Assembly (NCBI GenBank): GCA_965213675.1
Contig: OZ243916.1
Location: 1,920,001-1,984,000, forward strand
DNA from: an uncultured Candidatus Binatia bacterium
Lineage (GTDB): Bacteria > Desulfobacterota > Binatia > UBA9968 > JAJDTQ01
Direction: 5' to 3'
DNA: 64,000 bases
Shown here: in pieces, positions 17,776 through 27,924 of the stretch
How positions within the stretch are numbered: position 1 is the stretch's first letter
Layout of the letters: each line of letters starts with the position of its first letter
Notes under the pieces: model-generated
Databases searched by the model: none
Told to the model about the DNA's origin: nothing
The model's input: only the letters and a program-made list of their open reading frames with translations
Position numbers and translations under genes: made by a program

Positions 17776-19297
17776 CGGTGTCCCCGCTTCTCTCGTGATC
17801 CACCTGCGTGTCCCGTTTCTGCTGCAGCTCGCGTTGCTTGCGGGCGTTGCGCACGCCGTAATACAGGCTGACGGCAATGAGCACCGCCACGATCAACACG
17901 ATGGGGCGGCCCATCCACGCGGCGCCGTAACGGCTGACGGAAATGAAGAGGTAGTTCTCGATGATGCCGCTCAGGACAAGCCCGAGGATCAGCGGCGGCC
18001 GCGGCCAGCCGAACCGTTTCATGAGCCAGCCCAGCAGCGAGAAGAACAGGAGCGACCACAGATCGCCGTAGTGCCGCGTGGCCTGAAACGACGCCAGGAA
18101 GACGATCACCACCACCAGCGGGGTCAGCAGGTTGATGCGCACCATGGCGATCTTTGCCAGGGTGTTGGTCAACAGCATGCACAGCACCGTGCCGAAGATG
18201 TTGGCGACGGCCAGACTCCAGATCATCGTGTAGGTGACCGCCAGGTCCTTGGTGAGCATGGCCGAGCCGGGGGTCAGTCCCTGGATGGTCATGGCGCCGA
18301 GCAGCAGCGCCATGGACGCGCTGCCGGGCACGCCGAAGGCGATGGTGGGGATCAGCGCCCCGCCCTCCTTGGCGTTGTTGGCGGCCTCCGGCGCCAGCAC
18401 GCCACGCACGTCGCCGGTGCCGAAGGTCTCGTTGGCGCCCTTTTCCGTCTGGATGGCGTGGCCGTAGGCGAACCAGTCCACCACCGACGCGCCCAGCCCG
18501 GGAATGGCCCCCACGAACACTCCCACCACACCGCAGCGCACCACCAGGAACCAGTTGCGGAACGTGTCACGGATTCCCGACATGACCCCGACGAGCCGTT
18601 CCTTGGGCACGTCGGCAATGCGTGTCCCGCGAATGGTGAGGTCGACGATCTCGGGGATGGCGAAGATTCCCAGAGCCACCGGGACCAGCGGCACGCCGTC
18701 CCACAGATAGAGCTGGCCGAAGACCCAGCGCAGCACGCCGGTCTGCGGGTCCATTCCCACCATGCCCACGCACAGGCCCAGGGCGCCGGCGATGAGCCCC
18801 TTCACGGGGGCGTTGCCGCTGAGCACCGCCACCATGGAGATGCCCAGGAAACCCAGCATGAAGAACTCCGGGGAACCGAACGCGAGCACGATGGGGCGCA
18901 GCACCGGGATGGACAGCGCCAGCACCAGCGAGCCGAAGACGCCGCCGATGAGCGACGCCATGTAAGCGGCGCCGAAGGCGCGCCCGGCTTCGCCCTTCTT
19001 GGCCATGGGATGGCCGTCGAGGATGGTGGCCTGGGACGCGGAGGTGCCGGGAACGCCGAAGAGAACCGAGGGGATGGTGTCCGAGGTGCTCGTCACCGAG
19101 ATCAGGCCGATCATGATGGCGAACGCCTCGAAGGAGTCCATGTCGAACGTGAAGGGCAGCAGGATGGCAAGGCCTACGAGACCGCCGAGGCCGGGGATCG
19201 CCCCCAGGGCCAGCCCCATGAACACCCCGACGAACAGATACCCCAACCGGGTCGGAACCAGGAGGTTCTCAAATGCCACGGTGGCGGCTTCCCACAT
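17765..19297 (-). CDS. TctA-family large membrane subunit
   Basis: GAIPGLGG, GVPGT, DGHPMAKKGEAGRA, PEAANNA, IPTIAFGVPGS. Confidence 0.92.
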   Translation of the reverse strand: MWEAATVAFENLLVPTRLGYLFVGVFMGLALGAIPGLGGLVGLAILLPFTFDMDSFEAFAIMIGLISVTSTSDTIPSVLFGVPGTSASQATILDGHPMAKKGEAGRAFGAAYMASLIGGVFGSLVLALSIPVLRPIVLAFGSPEFFMLGFLGISMVAVLSGNAPVKGLIAGALGLCVGMVGMDPQTGVLRWVFGQLYLWDGVPLVPVALGIFAIPEIVDLTIRGTRIADVPKERLVGVMSGIRDTFRNWFLVVRCGVVGVFVGAIPGLGASVVDWFAYGHAIQTEKGANETFGTGDVRGVLAPEAANNAKEGGALIPTIAFGVPGSASMALLLGAMTIQGLTPGSAMLTKDLAVTYTMIWSLAVANIFGTVLCMLLTNTLAKIAMVRINLLTPLVVVIVFLASFQATRHYGDLWSLLFFSLLGWLMKRFGWPRPPLILGLVLSGIIENYLFISVSRYGAAWMGRPIVLIVAVLIAVSLYYGVRNARKQRELQQKRDTQVDHERSGDTDEV

Positions 19298-19331
19298 AGG
19301 AACTCCCTTCTGCCCCTACGAAATCCACAGG

Positions 19332-19360
19332 GGTATATCCATGTCCGGGAGGGCTGTCAA
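19332..19360 (-). promoter_or_regulatory. Putative sigma70 promoter of tctAB
   Basis: TTGACA-17 nt-TATACC. Confidence 0.55.
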
Positions 19361-19475
19361 GGCTGTGGCGTCCGACGACGGAATGGATGACGGGACAAAC
19401 CCACCCTGCCGATTCGTACAGAACCCGGAGGCTCGGACGGCGCCCTTCCGGCGAAGCGAGGCCTCGAAGGGATAA

Positions 19476-19529
19476 AACGAACCCCATCCGGCCTCGATGC
19501 CGATGCCCGGCCAGCGTGAAATCGTCCTG
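19476..19529 (-). repeat. Dispersed ~55-bp repeat, copy 2
   Basis: Reverse complement CAGGACGATTTCACGCTGGCCGGGCATCGGCATCGAGGCCGGATGGGGTTCGTT matches 378-432. Confidence 0.75.
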
Positions 19530-19719
19530 GAGTGGATCGTCGCGCCCGTTGCGGGATCACGGGAAACCGACTAATCTCCCGTAGCTGCAACTCGACGGTC
19601 TCACGACACGGCGCCGCTTGTCAACAGGTCGAAGCCCGGGGGGCGCACCGTGCCGGCGAGCCCGCGGATTCGGAAACGTGTGTCCACACTGAAAACCACA
19701 CCCTGAAAGGATCGTTACC

Positions 19720-20628
19720 ATGGGAAACATCGGCATGTGCTTTGTCAACCCGGCTCCGCAGATCGACCCCGGCTTCGTCACCGCCATGGCGCGGAAATGC
19801 GATGAGGGCGGCCTGCATTCGTTCTGGACCATCGACCGCATTGCCTACGACAATCTGGAAGCCCTGACCGTGCTCGCCGCCGCCGCGGGGGCTACCCAGC
19901 GCGTCCGGCTGGGAACCTCGGTGCTGCTGTCGGCGCTGCGCCATCCCGCGCTCCTGGCCAAGACCGTGGCCACCCTCGATTTCCTGTCCAACGGCCGCGT
20001 GACCCTGGGCATCGGCTTCGGCAGCCGCGAGAACGACTTCACCTCGGTGGAGGTGCCGTGGGAGCACCGCGGCAGCCGGGCGGAGGAATCCCTCAAACTC
20101 ATGAAACGCCTGTGGACCGAGGAAGCGGTGGAGCACCATGGCCGCTACTTCGACCTCCACAGCACACGCTTCGGTCCGAAGACGGTTCAGTCACCGCACC
20201 CGCCCATCTGGATGGGGGGCGGCGCCGAGTCCGTTCTGAAACGCGTGGGCCGGCACGCCGACGGCTACATCTGCGGCAGCAGCGCGGTGCACAACTTCGA
20301 CGCGGTGTGGGAGAAGATCAGCGGCCACGCCCGCGCCGCCGGCCGGAGCCCCGACGACATCGAGAAGGCCGGCCTTACCTTCATCGCTCTCGACGACGAC
20401 AAGAGCAAGGCGGTGGAGGCGTGCAGCAACTACCTGATCCGCTACTACGGCAGCGTGCGCATGGACGTGGAGAAGTACATGCTGGTGGGCAGCGCCAACG
20501 CGTGCGCCGACGGCATCAACCGCATCTTCGCCCGCGGCTTGCAGACCCTCATCATCGGCCTCGCCATCTCCGACCTGAAGCAACTGGATACGTTCGTCGA
20601 GAAGGTGATGCCGCAGGTGGAAGGCTAG
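19720..20628 (+). CDS. LLM-class (luciferase-like) flavin-dependent oxidoreductase
   Basis: LAAAAGATQRVRLGTSV, RHPALLAKTVATLDFLSNGR, PPIWMGG. Confidence 0.88.
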   Translation: MGNIGMCFVNPAPQIDPGFVTAMARKCDEGGLHSFWTIDRIAYDNLEALTVLAAAAGATQRVRLGTSVLLSALRHPALLAKTVATLDFLSNGRVTLGIGFGSRENDFTSVEVPWEHRGSRAEESLKLMKRLWTEEAVEHHGRYFDLHSTRFGPKTVQSPHPPIWMGGGAESVLKRVGRHADGYICGSSAVHNFDAVWEKISGHARAAGRSPDDIEKAGLTFIALDDDKSKAVEACSNYLIRYYGSVRMDVEKYMLVGSANACADGINRIFARGLQTLIIGLAISDLKQLDTFVEKVMPQVEG

Positions 20629-20657
20629 CCGCCTCGGACACTCAGCCGCCTCGGACG

Positions 20658-20682
20658 GGGGCGACCGGCCGGTCGCCCCTAC
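20658..20682 (-). repeat. GTAG-type REP-like hairpin between convergent genes
   Basis: Reverse complement GTAGGGGCGACCGGCCGGTCGCCCC. Confidence 0.75.
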
Positions 20683-20718
20683 GGGACCCTGCCTGGACGG
20701 AATGAAGCAACCACGACG

Positions 20719-21339
20719 TCACAGCGGCGCCGGTGTCTCGAAATCACTGATGTAGGGGAGCTTGCCGGCGGTCTGCGCGACCTCGTCCAGGTTGTTGAGC
20801 AACAGCGTGGTCGAGTCCCATGTCCCCGTGGTGAGGGCGTTGCGATGGCCGTCGCTGATGTCCAGGTCGATGTCGCTGCCATCGGGCATGCGCACCTTGC
20901 GGGCTTCCAGATCCACCGTGAGTTCCGCCGTGGGGTCGCTCTCCACCAGCGCCATGAGCTTGCCGGCGTCCTCGGACGACACCATCACCGTGGGCATGCC
21001 CAGCAACACGCTGCTGCCGGCGAATATCGGGCCGAAGGATTCGCCGATGATGACGCGGATGCCCCAGCGGTACAGCGCCTGGGGCGCGTGCTCGCGCGAC
21101 GACCCGCAGCCGAAGTTGCGGTTCACCACCAGGACCTCGGCGCCCTGGAAGCGCGCCTCGTTGAATGGGTGGTCGACCGTTCCGCCGCCGGCGTCGTAGC
21201 GCTCGTCGAAGAACGGGTACTCGCCCATCCTGTTGAAGGTAATTTCCTTGAGGTAGCGGGCCGGGACGATGCGGTCGGTGTCGATGTCGTGGCCCCGCAC
21301 CACCACGGCTCTGCCGCTTACCTGCTTGATCTCGTTCAT
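20719..21339 (-). CDS. leuD: 3-isopropylmalate dehydratase small subunit
   Basis: DIDTDRIVPA, NFGCGSSREHA. Confidence 0.95.
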   Translation of the reverse strand: MNEIKQVSGRAVVVRGHDIDTDRIVPARYLKEITFNRMGEYPFFDERYDAGGGTVDHPFNEARFQGAEVLVVNRNFGCGSSREHAPQALYRWGIRVIIGESFGPIFAGSSVLLGMPTVMVSSEDAGKLMALVESDPTAELTVDLEARKVRMPDGSDIDLDISDGHRNALTTGTWDSTTLLLNNLDEVAQTAGKLPYISDFETPAPL

Positions 21340-21358
21340 GACAACCTCGGTCCGTTGA

Positions 21359-22756
21359 TCAGTTGTAGTGGCGTACGTCCACGACCTTGCCGTTCAGGGC
21401 GGCGGCGGCCACCATGGCGGGACTCATCAGCAGGGTGCGCCCTTCCGGGCTCCCCTGGCGGCCGATGAAGTTGCGGTTGGACGAGGAGGCGCACACCTCC
21501 CGGCCGTTGAGCTTGTCCGGGTTCATGGCCAGGCACATGGAGCATCCGGCCTCGCGCCACTGAAAGCCCGCTTCGGTGAACACACGGTCGAGACCCGCGG
21601 CCTCGGCCTGCTTCTTGACGTCCACGGAGCCGGGCACCACCAGCGCCTTGACCCCGTCGGCCACGCGCCCTCCCTTGGCGACCCGCGCCGCGGCCATCAG
21701 GTCCGAGAGCCGCGAATTGGTGCATGAACCGATGAACGCCACGTCGATGGGAGTTCCGAGAATCGGCGCGCCCGGCTCCCAGCCCATGTGCGCGTACGCC
21801 CTCTCCACGCTCTTGGGGTCGGTCAACTCCTCCGGGCGCGGCAGGTTCTCCAGCACCCCCACCGCCTGGCCGGGATTGATGCCCCAGGTGACCGTAGGCT
21901 CGATGGCGGAGCCGTCGATGTCCACGACATCGTCATAGGTTGCGTCGGGATCCGACGCCATGGAGCGCCAGTAGGCCACCGCGCGGTTGAAGGCCTCGCC
22001 CTTGGGCGCGAACGGCCGACCGGCGACGTAGTCGCAAGTGGTCTGATCGGGATTGACGTAACCCACGAGCGCGCCGCCCTCGATGCTCATGTTGCACACG
22101 GTCATGCGCTCTTCCATATTCATCCGGTCGAGCACCTCCCCACCGTATTCGTAGGCGTAGCCCTTGCCGCCGCCGACCCCGAGTTGCCGGATGATGGTGA
22201 GGATCACGTCCTTGGCATGAACGCCCACCGGGAGCTGGCCGTTGACGTTGATGCGCCGCACCTTGAGCCGGTCCATGGCCAGTGTCTGCGTGGCGAGCAC
22301 GTCCCGCACCTGGCTGGTGCCGATGCCGAACGCCAAAGTGCCGAAAGCCCCGTGGGTGCTCGTATGGCTGTCGCCGCACGCCAGCGTCATCCCCGGCTGG
22401 GTCAAACCCAACTGCGGGCCGATGACATGGACGATGCCCTGACGGTCGCTGTCCAGGCCGTAGAACTCGATGCCGAAATCCCGGACGTTCCTTTCCAGCG
22501 CGGCGGTCATGGCCTCGGCCTGCTCGTCGGCAAACGGCCGCACCTGCATGTCCGTCGGAACGACATGATCGACGGTGGAAAAGGTGCGCTCGGGATAGGC
22601 GATGGGAAGCCCGCGCTCCCGCAACATGTCGAAAGCCTGCGGGGTGGTGACCTCGTGGACCAGATGCAGACCGATGAAGAGCTGCGTCTGTCCGGTCGGA
22701 AGCGTGGTCACCGCATGGGACTCCCAGACCTTGTCATAGAGTGTGCGTTCGGACAT
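21359..22756 (-). CDS. leuC: 3-isopropylmalate dehydratase large subunit
   Basis: [43 protein letters not shown]. Confidence 0.97.
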   Translation of the reverse strand: MSERTLYDKVWESHAVTTLPTGQTQLFIGLHLVHEVTTPQAFDMLRERGLPIAYPERTFSTVDHVVPTDMQVRPFADEQAEAMTAALERNVRDFGIEFYGLDSDRQGIVHVIGPQLGLTQPGMTLACGDSHTSTHGAFGTLAFGIGTSQVRDVLATQTLAMDRLKVRRINVNGQLPVGVHAKDVILTIIRQLGVGGGKGYAYEYGGEVLDRMNMEERMTVCNMSIEGGALVGYVNPDQTTCDYVAGRPFAPKGEAFNRAVAYWRSMASDPDATYDDVVDIDGSAIEPTVTWGINPGQAVGVLENLPRPEELTDPKSVERAYAHMGWEPGAPILGTPIDVAFIGSCTNSRLSDLMAAARVAKGGRVADGVKALVVPGSVDVKKQAEAAGLDRVFTEAGFQWREAGCSMCLAMNPDKLNGREVCASSSNRNFIGRQGSPEGRTLLMSPAMVAAAALNGKVVDVRHYN

Positions 22757-22882
22757 GGCTGCATGTTCTCCTTTGGCGGCAATTTATAGCCAGCGACCCG
22801 GGCGAATTCAAGCAAGGGACCTTGCCGCCATCCCACGGCGATGGTCCCGAAGACCAACCCGGTCGCAAGGGGTGCGGGTGCG

Positions 22883-24850
22883 TTACACCCGGCCAGGCGC
22901 CAAGGCCCGCAGGCCCCACGCGGCGGCCAACAGGACCACGCCTGCCACCTTCAGCCACCAGATCAGCGGCAACAGGAAACACACGGCCGCGGCCAGGAAC
23001 ACCGCCTTGCGCCACGGTTCCACGCTCCCCGCCAGGTAGTCGACCCCCTGAATGGCGACGGCGAGCGCCGCGTAGCCCAACAGGTAGCTGACTGCGGCCG
23101 CGGTGATTTCCAGTGCCGTGCCGTGCAGCAGCAGTTCCGGAACATAGACGAAACTGAACGGGATCAGCATCAGGGTCGTGCCGAACTTCAAGGCCGCGAA
23201 ACCGGTCTTCATCGGATCCGCACCCGCGATGGCCGCACCCGCGAAGGCAGAGACGCAGACCGGTGGCGTGATATTGGACAGGCACGCCGCGTAGAACACC
23301 ACCAGATGGGCCGGCACCTCGGGCACGCCGAGTTGCACCAGGGCTGGGGCCGCGACCACGGCAAGGATGATGTAGGAGCCCGTCGTGCTGCTGCCCATGC
23401 CGATGATCACGGATATGACCGTAACCAGGGCCACCGTCAAAAGAAGATTGCCGCCCGCGAATTCCACCAGCACGGCGGAAAACTTGAGCCCCAGACCAGC
23501 CAGGATAATACCGCCGATGATCACACCCAGGCTGCCGATGGCCGCGCCCGCGGACGTGTTGGAATGGGCCCCGGAGACCATGCCCCGGAAAATATCGCGC
23601 GGCTTCATTGCCGTATCCTTGCGCAGCCACGACAGGCCCATCGTCGAGATAATGCCCCAGAACGCCCCCAGGTCCGGGGAAAACCCTTTAAACAGCAGCG
23701 TCACCACCACCACCAGGGGAATGAAGAAATGCCAGCCCCGGCGCACCACCTCCCGGATCCTCGGCACTTCATCCGCCGGCATTCCCTTGATGCCCGTGCG
23801 GACCGCCTCCAGATCGACCATCAGCAGGACAAAGAAAAAGAACAGGACCGCCGGAATCACGTTCATGACCGCAATTTCGAGGTAGCCGGTCTGAGTCAGG
23901 GTCGCCAGAATGAACACACCCGCACCCATGATGGGCGGCATGATCTGACCGCCGGTGGATGCAATGGCCTCGATGGCCCCCGCGTGGTGGGGTCTGAAAC
24001 CGATCTTTTTCATCATCGGGATAGTGAACGCGCCGGACGCCACTACGTTGGCCACCGATGAGCCCGAAATGGAACCGAACAACGCCGAACTGACCGTGGC
24101 GATCTTGGCGGGGCCGCCGCGCCACTTGCCCGTAAGCGCCGTGGCCAGATCCATGAAAAAGGTCCCGGCGCCGCTGCGCTCCAGGAATGCGCCGAAGATC
24201 ATGAACGGAAAAACGAACGTGGCGAAGGTCGCCGTGACGACCCCGAACATGGCCTCCTGGGTGGAGAACGTGAATTCGACGATGCGATCCACCGGCAGGC
24301 CGGAATGGCTGAGTTTCCCGGGGAGGTGGGGCCCGTAGTAGAGCTGCAGAAGAAAGATCAGGGCGATGATCGGAATGGCAGGTCCCAGCACGCGCCGGCT
24401 GGTTTCCAGCACCACCACGATGGCGGCGATCCCCATGATGAAGTCCCACCGGCTGGGATCGCTCACGCGGAACATCGCGTAAGGCACGTACTGGTCCATC
24501 CAATAGCCGATGGACGCCACCGCCATGATTATCAGGACGCCATCGATGACGCTGGGCCGGTGCCCCGGCGCGCGCGCATGGGCCGGGAAGCGGATGAATA
24601 CGAGCACCGCCGTGAACAGGAGATAGAGCCCGCGGTTGGTCTCTGTCGAGACCAGGCCGAACCCCGACGTATACAGATACCAAAGGGAAAACAGGGCCGC
24701 GATCAAGTCGTAGGCAATGGCAAACGGCCCGGAAACCGTGCGGTGCCTACCCTGGATCGGGGCAAACCAAGACTCCCGGGCTGCCACCCTGTTTGTTCTC
24801 CTCCGCCTGATCGGGCTTGGTATGAAGAAGGAGCGGGCAGCCGCGGTCAT
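22883..24850 (-). CDS. TRAP transporter fused 4TM/12TM permease (start uncertain)
   Basis: GGPAK, ISGSSVANV, TIPMMKK, EAIASTGGQIMPPIMGA, ITPPV. Confidence 0.9.
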   Translation of the reverse strand: MTAAARSFFIPSPIRRRRTNRVAARESWFAPIQGRHRTVSGPFAIAYDLIAALFSLWYLYTSGFGLVSTETNRGLYLLFTAVLVFIRFPAHARAPGHRPSVIDGVLIIMAVASIGYWMDQYVPYAMFRVSDPSRWDFIMGIAAIVVVLETSRRVLGPAIPIIALIFLLQLYYGPHLPGKLSHSGLPVDRIVEFTFSTQEAMFGVVTATFATFVFPFMIFGAFLERSGAGTFFMDLATALTGKWRGGPAKIATVSSALFGSISGSSVANVVASGAFTIPMMKKIGFRPHHAGAIEAIASTGGQIMPPIMGAGVFILATLTQTGYLEIAVMNVIPAVLFFFFVLLMVDLEAVRTGIKGMPADEVPRIREVVRRGWHFFIPLVVVVTLLFKGFSPDLGAFWGIISTMGLSWLRKDTAMKPRDIFRGMVSGAHSNTSAGAAIGSLGVIIGGIILAGLGLKFSAVLVEFAGGNLLLTVALVTVISVIIGMGSSTTGSYIILAVVAAPALVQLGVPEVPAHLVVFYAACLSNITPPVCVSAFAGAAIAGADPMKTGFAALKFGTTLMLIPFSFVYVPELLLHGTALEITAAAVSYLLGYAALAVAIQGVDYLAGSVEPWRKAVFLAAAVCFLLPLIWWLKVAGVVLLAAAWGLRALAPGRV

Positions 24851-24883
24851 CCCACGCGGCCGCCCGCCGGTATTGCCGGAAGG

Positions 24884-25840
24884 TTATTTGTCAAGCCCCT
24901 GGGACTTGTAGTAGGCCATGGCGCCGGGGTGCATGGGCACGCCCAAGGCCTCGAAGTTCTTGATGTCGGGCTCCATCTGCTTCCACGCCTTGTGGCCGGC
25001 GGCGAGCCGCTCGCGGATGTCGGCTTGATAGACCAGGTTCAATATGTCCTCGACGGCTTTCGCAGGAACCCGCTCGTGGGCCACCCAATAGACCGTCAGG
25101 AAGGGAAGGTCGAGCGCGGGGACGCCCTTGTAGGTGGTCGCCGGCATGGTGGACGGAACATAGAAGGGATACGTGGAAGTAATGGCCTTCATTTCCGACG
25201 CCGTGTAAGGCAACACCACCGCGCCTTTGGTCTCCGCCAATTCCTTTACCGCCGCAGCGGGCGCCGACGACTGGCAGAGCGCGTCGATCTGCCCATTGGC
25301 AAGCGCCCGACCTGCGTCCGCGAAGGTCATCATGCTGGGCTTCAGGCTGCTGAGAATGCCTGTCGCCCGCGCGATGTTGGAGCAGTTGAACACCGTCCCC
25401 GAGCCCGGCGGGCCGAGGGCCACTTTCTTGCCCTTCAAATCGGCGACGCTCTCGATCCCCGAACCTGGAAGGGTGACAAAGTAGGTCGGACCCTTGTAGG
25501 CCTTGGCGATGCCCCGGAACATCGTACCCTTGGCCCCGTCCTTGAACGGACCTTCGGGCTTCTGCGACATGAAAACGTGCGCACCATAGACGATGCCCAT
25601 GTCGAGTTCACCCTTGATGACGCGTTTGGCGTTCTCCGTGGAGCCGCCGGTGGTCACCTGAGTAATGTTGTATTGCGGCAACTTTTCCGAGATGATGGTG
25701 CCCGCAGCGCCGACCATGTAGTACATCACACCGCCCGGATTCGACCCGCCCCATGCGATGTTCTGCTTGCTTTGGGCGGCGGCAGGTGCTGCCCCGGCCA
25801 AAAGCAATGCGCCAACCCACAGTATTGCCAGTGCCTTCAT
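24884..25840 (-). CDS. TAXI-family TRAP solute-binding protein
   Basis: GGAGGT RBS; signal peptide; GGVMYY, TGGSTEN, DLKGKKVALGPPGSGT, PMHPGA. Confidence 0.9.
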   Translation of the reverse strand: MKALAILWVGALLLAGAAPAAAQSKQNIAWGGSNPGGVMYYMVGAAGTIISEKLPQYNITQVTTGGSTENAKRVIKGELDMGIVYGAHVFMSQKPEGPFKDGAKGTMFRGIAKAYKGPTYFVTLPGSGIESVADLKGKKVALGPPGSGTVFNCSNIARATGILSSLKPSMMTFADAGRALANGQIDALCQSSAPAAAVKELAETKGAVVLPYTASEMKAITSTYPFYVPSTMPATTYKGVPALDLPFLTVYWVAHERVPAKAVEDILNLVYQADIRERLAAGHKAWKQMEPDIKNFEALGVPMHPGAMAYYKSQGLDK

Positions 25841-25913
25841 GTGCGTACCTCCTGTTCTCCGGTCAGGTGGCCCTTTGGCCACAGTCGATCCATTCACGAT
25901 TGCAGTTGCTTAC

Positions 25914-26684
25914 TCATACCCAGCCGGCATTGCAAGGCGTCCCGCGGGGTTGGACGTAGCACACTTCCACCAGAAACAGTCCACGCGCCGGAGCGGTGGC
26001 GCCGGCCCGTCCGCGGTCGCGGCTCCGGAGCAACGCCGCGACACTGCCCGCCTCCCTCTCGCCGAGCCCCACCTCCACCAGCGTGCCGGCGATATTGCGC
26101 ACCATATGGCGCAGAAAGCCCGTGGCCTCGATACGGTAGACCCAATGATCCTCCCACTGGAACAAGGCGTTGCGGTAGACGCGCCGCACCGGCGTGACCG
26201 CGCCGCAGCCGGCGGCCCGGAACGCTGAGAAGTCGTGCTCCCCTTCCAGCGCGGGCAGCGCCGCGCGCATGGCATCCGTATCCAGGGGCCGTGTCACGTG
26301 CCACGCGTAGCGGTCATGGAACACCGACCGCCAGGGTTGGTTCCACAGCCGGTACTCGTAGACGCGCCGGCGCGCGTCCCGGCGGGCATCGAAGGAGGGG
26401 GCCGCTTTCGCAACCTCCTTCACCGCGATGTCGTCCGGGGTGAGGGCGTCGAGGCTTCGCCGAAGCCGCCACAGGTCCCTGTCGTCGGGGCAGGAGAAGT
26501 TCGCAACCTGGCCCAGCGCGTGCACGCCGGCATCGGTGCGTCCGGAACCATGAACGCGCACCGGCTCCTTGAGCAGCACTGCCAGCGCATCCTCCAGGAC
26601 GCCCTGGATCGTCGGCCCCTCGGGCTGAAGCTGCCACCCCCGGTAACGGGTGCCGTCGTATTGGAGGGTCAGTCGGACGTTCAT
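25914..26684 (-). CDS. truA: tRNA pseudouridine(38-40) synthase
   Basis: YDGTRYRGWQ, GRTDAGVHA, GEHDFSAF, FLRHMVR. Confidence 0.95.
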   Translation of the reverse strand: MNVRLTLQYDGTRYRGWQLQPEGPTIQGVLEDALAVLLKEPVRVHGSGRTDAGVHALGQVANFSCPDDRDLWRLRRSLDALTPDDIAVKEVAKAAPSFDARRDARRRVYEYRLWNQPWRSVFHDRYAWHVTRPLDTDAMRAALPALEGEHDFSAFRAAGCGAVTPVRRVYRNALFQWEDHWVYRIEATGFLRHMVRNIAGTLVEVGLGEREAGSVAALLRSRDRGRAGATAPARGLFLVEVCYVQPRGTPCNAGWV

Positions 26685-26709
26685 GGAGCAGACGACCACC
26701 CACCGACCC

Positions 26710-26761
26710 CTGGACTCCCGCCCCCGATCAGGGTCGAGGGCAAGCTTTCGCGGGAATGACG
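26710..26761. repeat. GTCATTCCCGC-type REP-like palindrome
   Basis: CTGGACTCCCGC...GCGGGAATGACG; relative at 33226-33254. Confidence 0.65.
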
Positions 26762-26871
26762 AATTCGGGGGTCCTTGTCATTCCGTATCCGCGGGACGAT
26801 CTTGCACGATCGGTTCCGCGGAAGTGACGTACTTCAAAGGTATCCGCCTCATGCGCATCGAGACGGCGCGG

Positions 26872-27906
26872 TCAGTGATAGTCGCGGATCAGGATCTCGG
26901 CGATCTGCACGGCGTTGAGGGCGGCGCCCTTGCGCAGGTTGTCGGCAACGACCCAGAGATTGATGCCGTTGTCCACGGAGTCGTCTTCGCGAATGCGCCC
27001 CACGCAGGTGGCGTCCTTGCCAGCCGCCTCCGTGGCCAGCGGGTATTCGTTGGCTTGGGGGTCGTCCTGAAGCAGCACCCCGGGCGCCTCGCGGAGGAGC
27101 GCGCGCACGTCGCTGGCGGTCAGTTTCGTGCGGGTCTCGACGTTGATGGATTCGGAGTGGCTGCAGAAGACGGGCACGCGCACCGCGGTGGCGCTGATGC
27201 GGATATCCGGGTCGTCCAGGATCTTGCGCGTCTCCTGGATCATCTTCAACTCTTCCCGGGTATGGCCGCCCGGAACGAACGTATCGATGTGCGGAATGCA
27301 GTTGAACGCGATCTGATGCGGGAACGTCTCACACTCCACGTCGTTGCTGTTGAACAACGCCGCGGTCTGCTTCCCGAGTTCTTCCATGGCCTGGCGTCCG
27401 GCGCCCGACACCGACTGGTAAGTGGACACGACGATGCGGCTGATGCCGGCCGCGTCGTACAGCGGCTTCAGCGCCACCACCATCTGGATGGTGGAGCAGT
27501 TGGGGTTGGCGATGATGCCGCGCTGGACGTGCTCGCCGATCCTTTCGGGGTTGACCTCGGGCACCACCAGCGGGATGTCCTCCTCCATGCGGAAGCAACT
27601 GGTGTTGTCGATGACCACGGCGCCGCCGTCCACCGCCGCCGGCGCGTAGCGCGCGCTCACGGACCCACCGGCGGAAAACAGCGCGATGTCGATGTCCTCG
27701 AAGGAGTCGTCGTCCAGAACCTCCACCGGCACCTGGCGCCCGCGAAACCCGAGGCGTTGACCCGCGGAACGCTCGGATGCCAGCAGGCGCAGCGTCTCCA
27801 CCGGGAACTGCCGCTCCTCGAGGATCTTGCGCAGTTCCTCGCCCACCGCGCCGGTGGCCCCCACCACCGCCACGTTGTAAGCATCCTTGTCCTTGAAAGC
27901 GCCCAT
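26872..27906 (-). CDS. asd: Aspartate-semialdehyde dehydrogenase
   Basis: VGATGAVG, ANPNCST, STYQSVSGAG, DNLRKGAA. Confidence 0.97.
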   Translation of the reverse strand: MGAFKDKDAYNVAVVGATGAVGEELRKILEERQFPVETLRLLASERSAGQRLGFRGRQVPVEVLDDDSFEDIDIALFSAGGSVSARYAPAAVDGGAVVIDNTSCFRMEEDIPLVVPEVNPERIGEHVQRGIIANPNCSTIQMVVALKPLYDAAGISRIVVSTYQSVSGAGRQAMEELGKQTAALFNSNDVECETFPHQIAFNCIPHIDTFVPGGHTREELKMIQETRKILDDPDIRISATAVRVPVFCSHSESINVETRTKLTASDVRALLREAPGVLLQDDPQANEYPLATEAAGKDATCVGRIREDDSVDNGINLWVVADNLRKGAALNAVQIAEILIRDYH

Positions 27907-27924
27907 GTCTCTCCCGCGCCCGGT

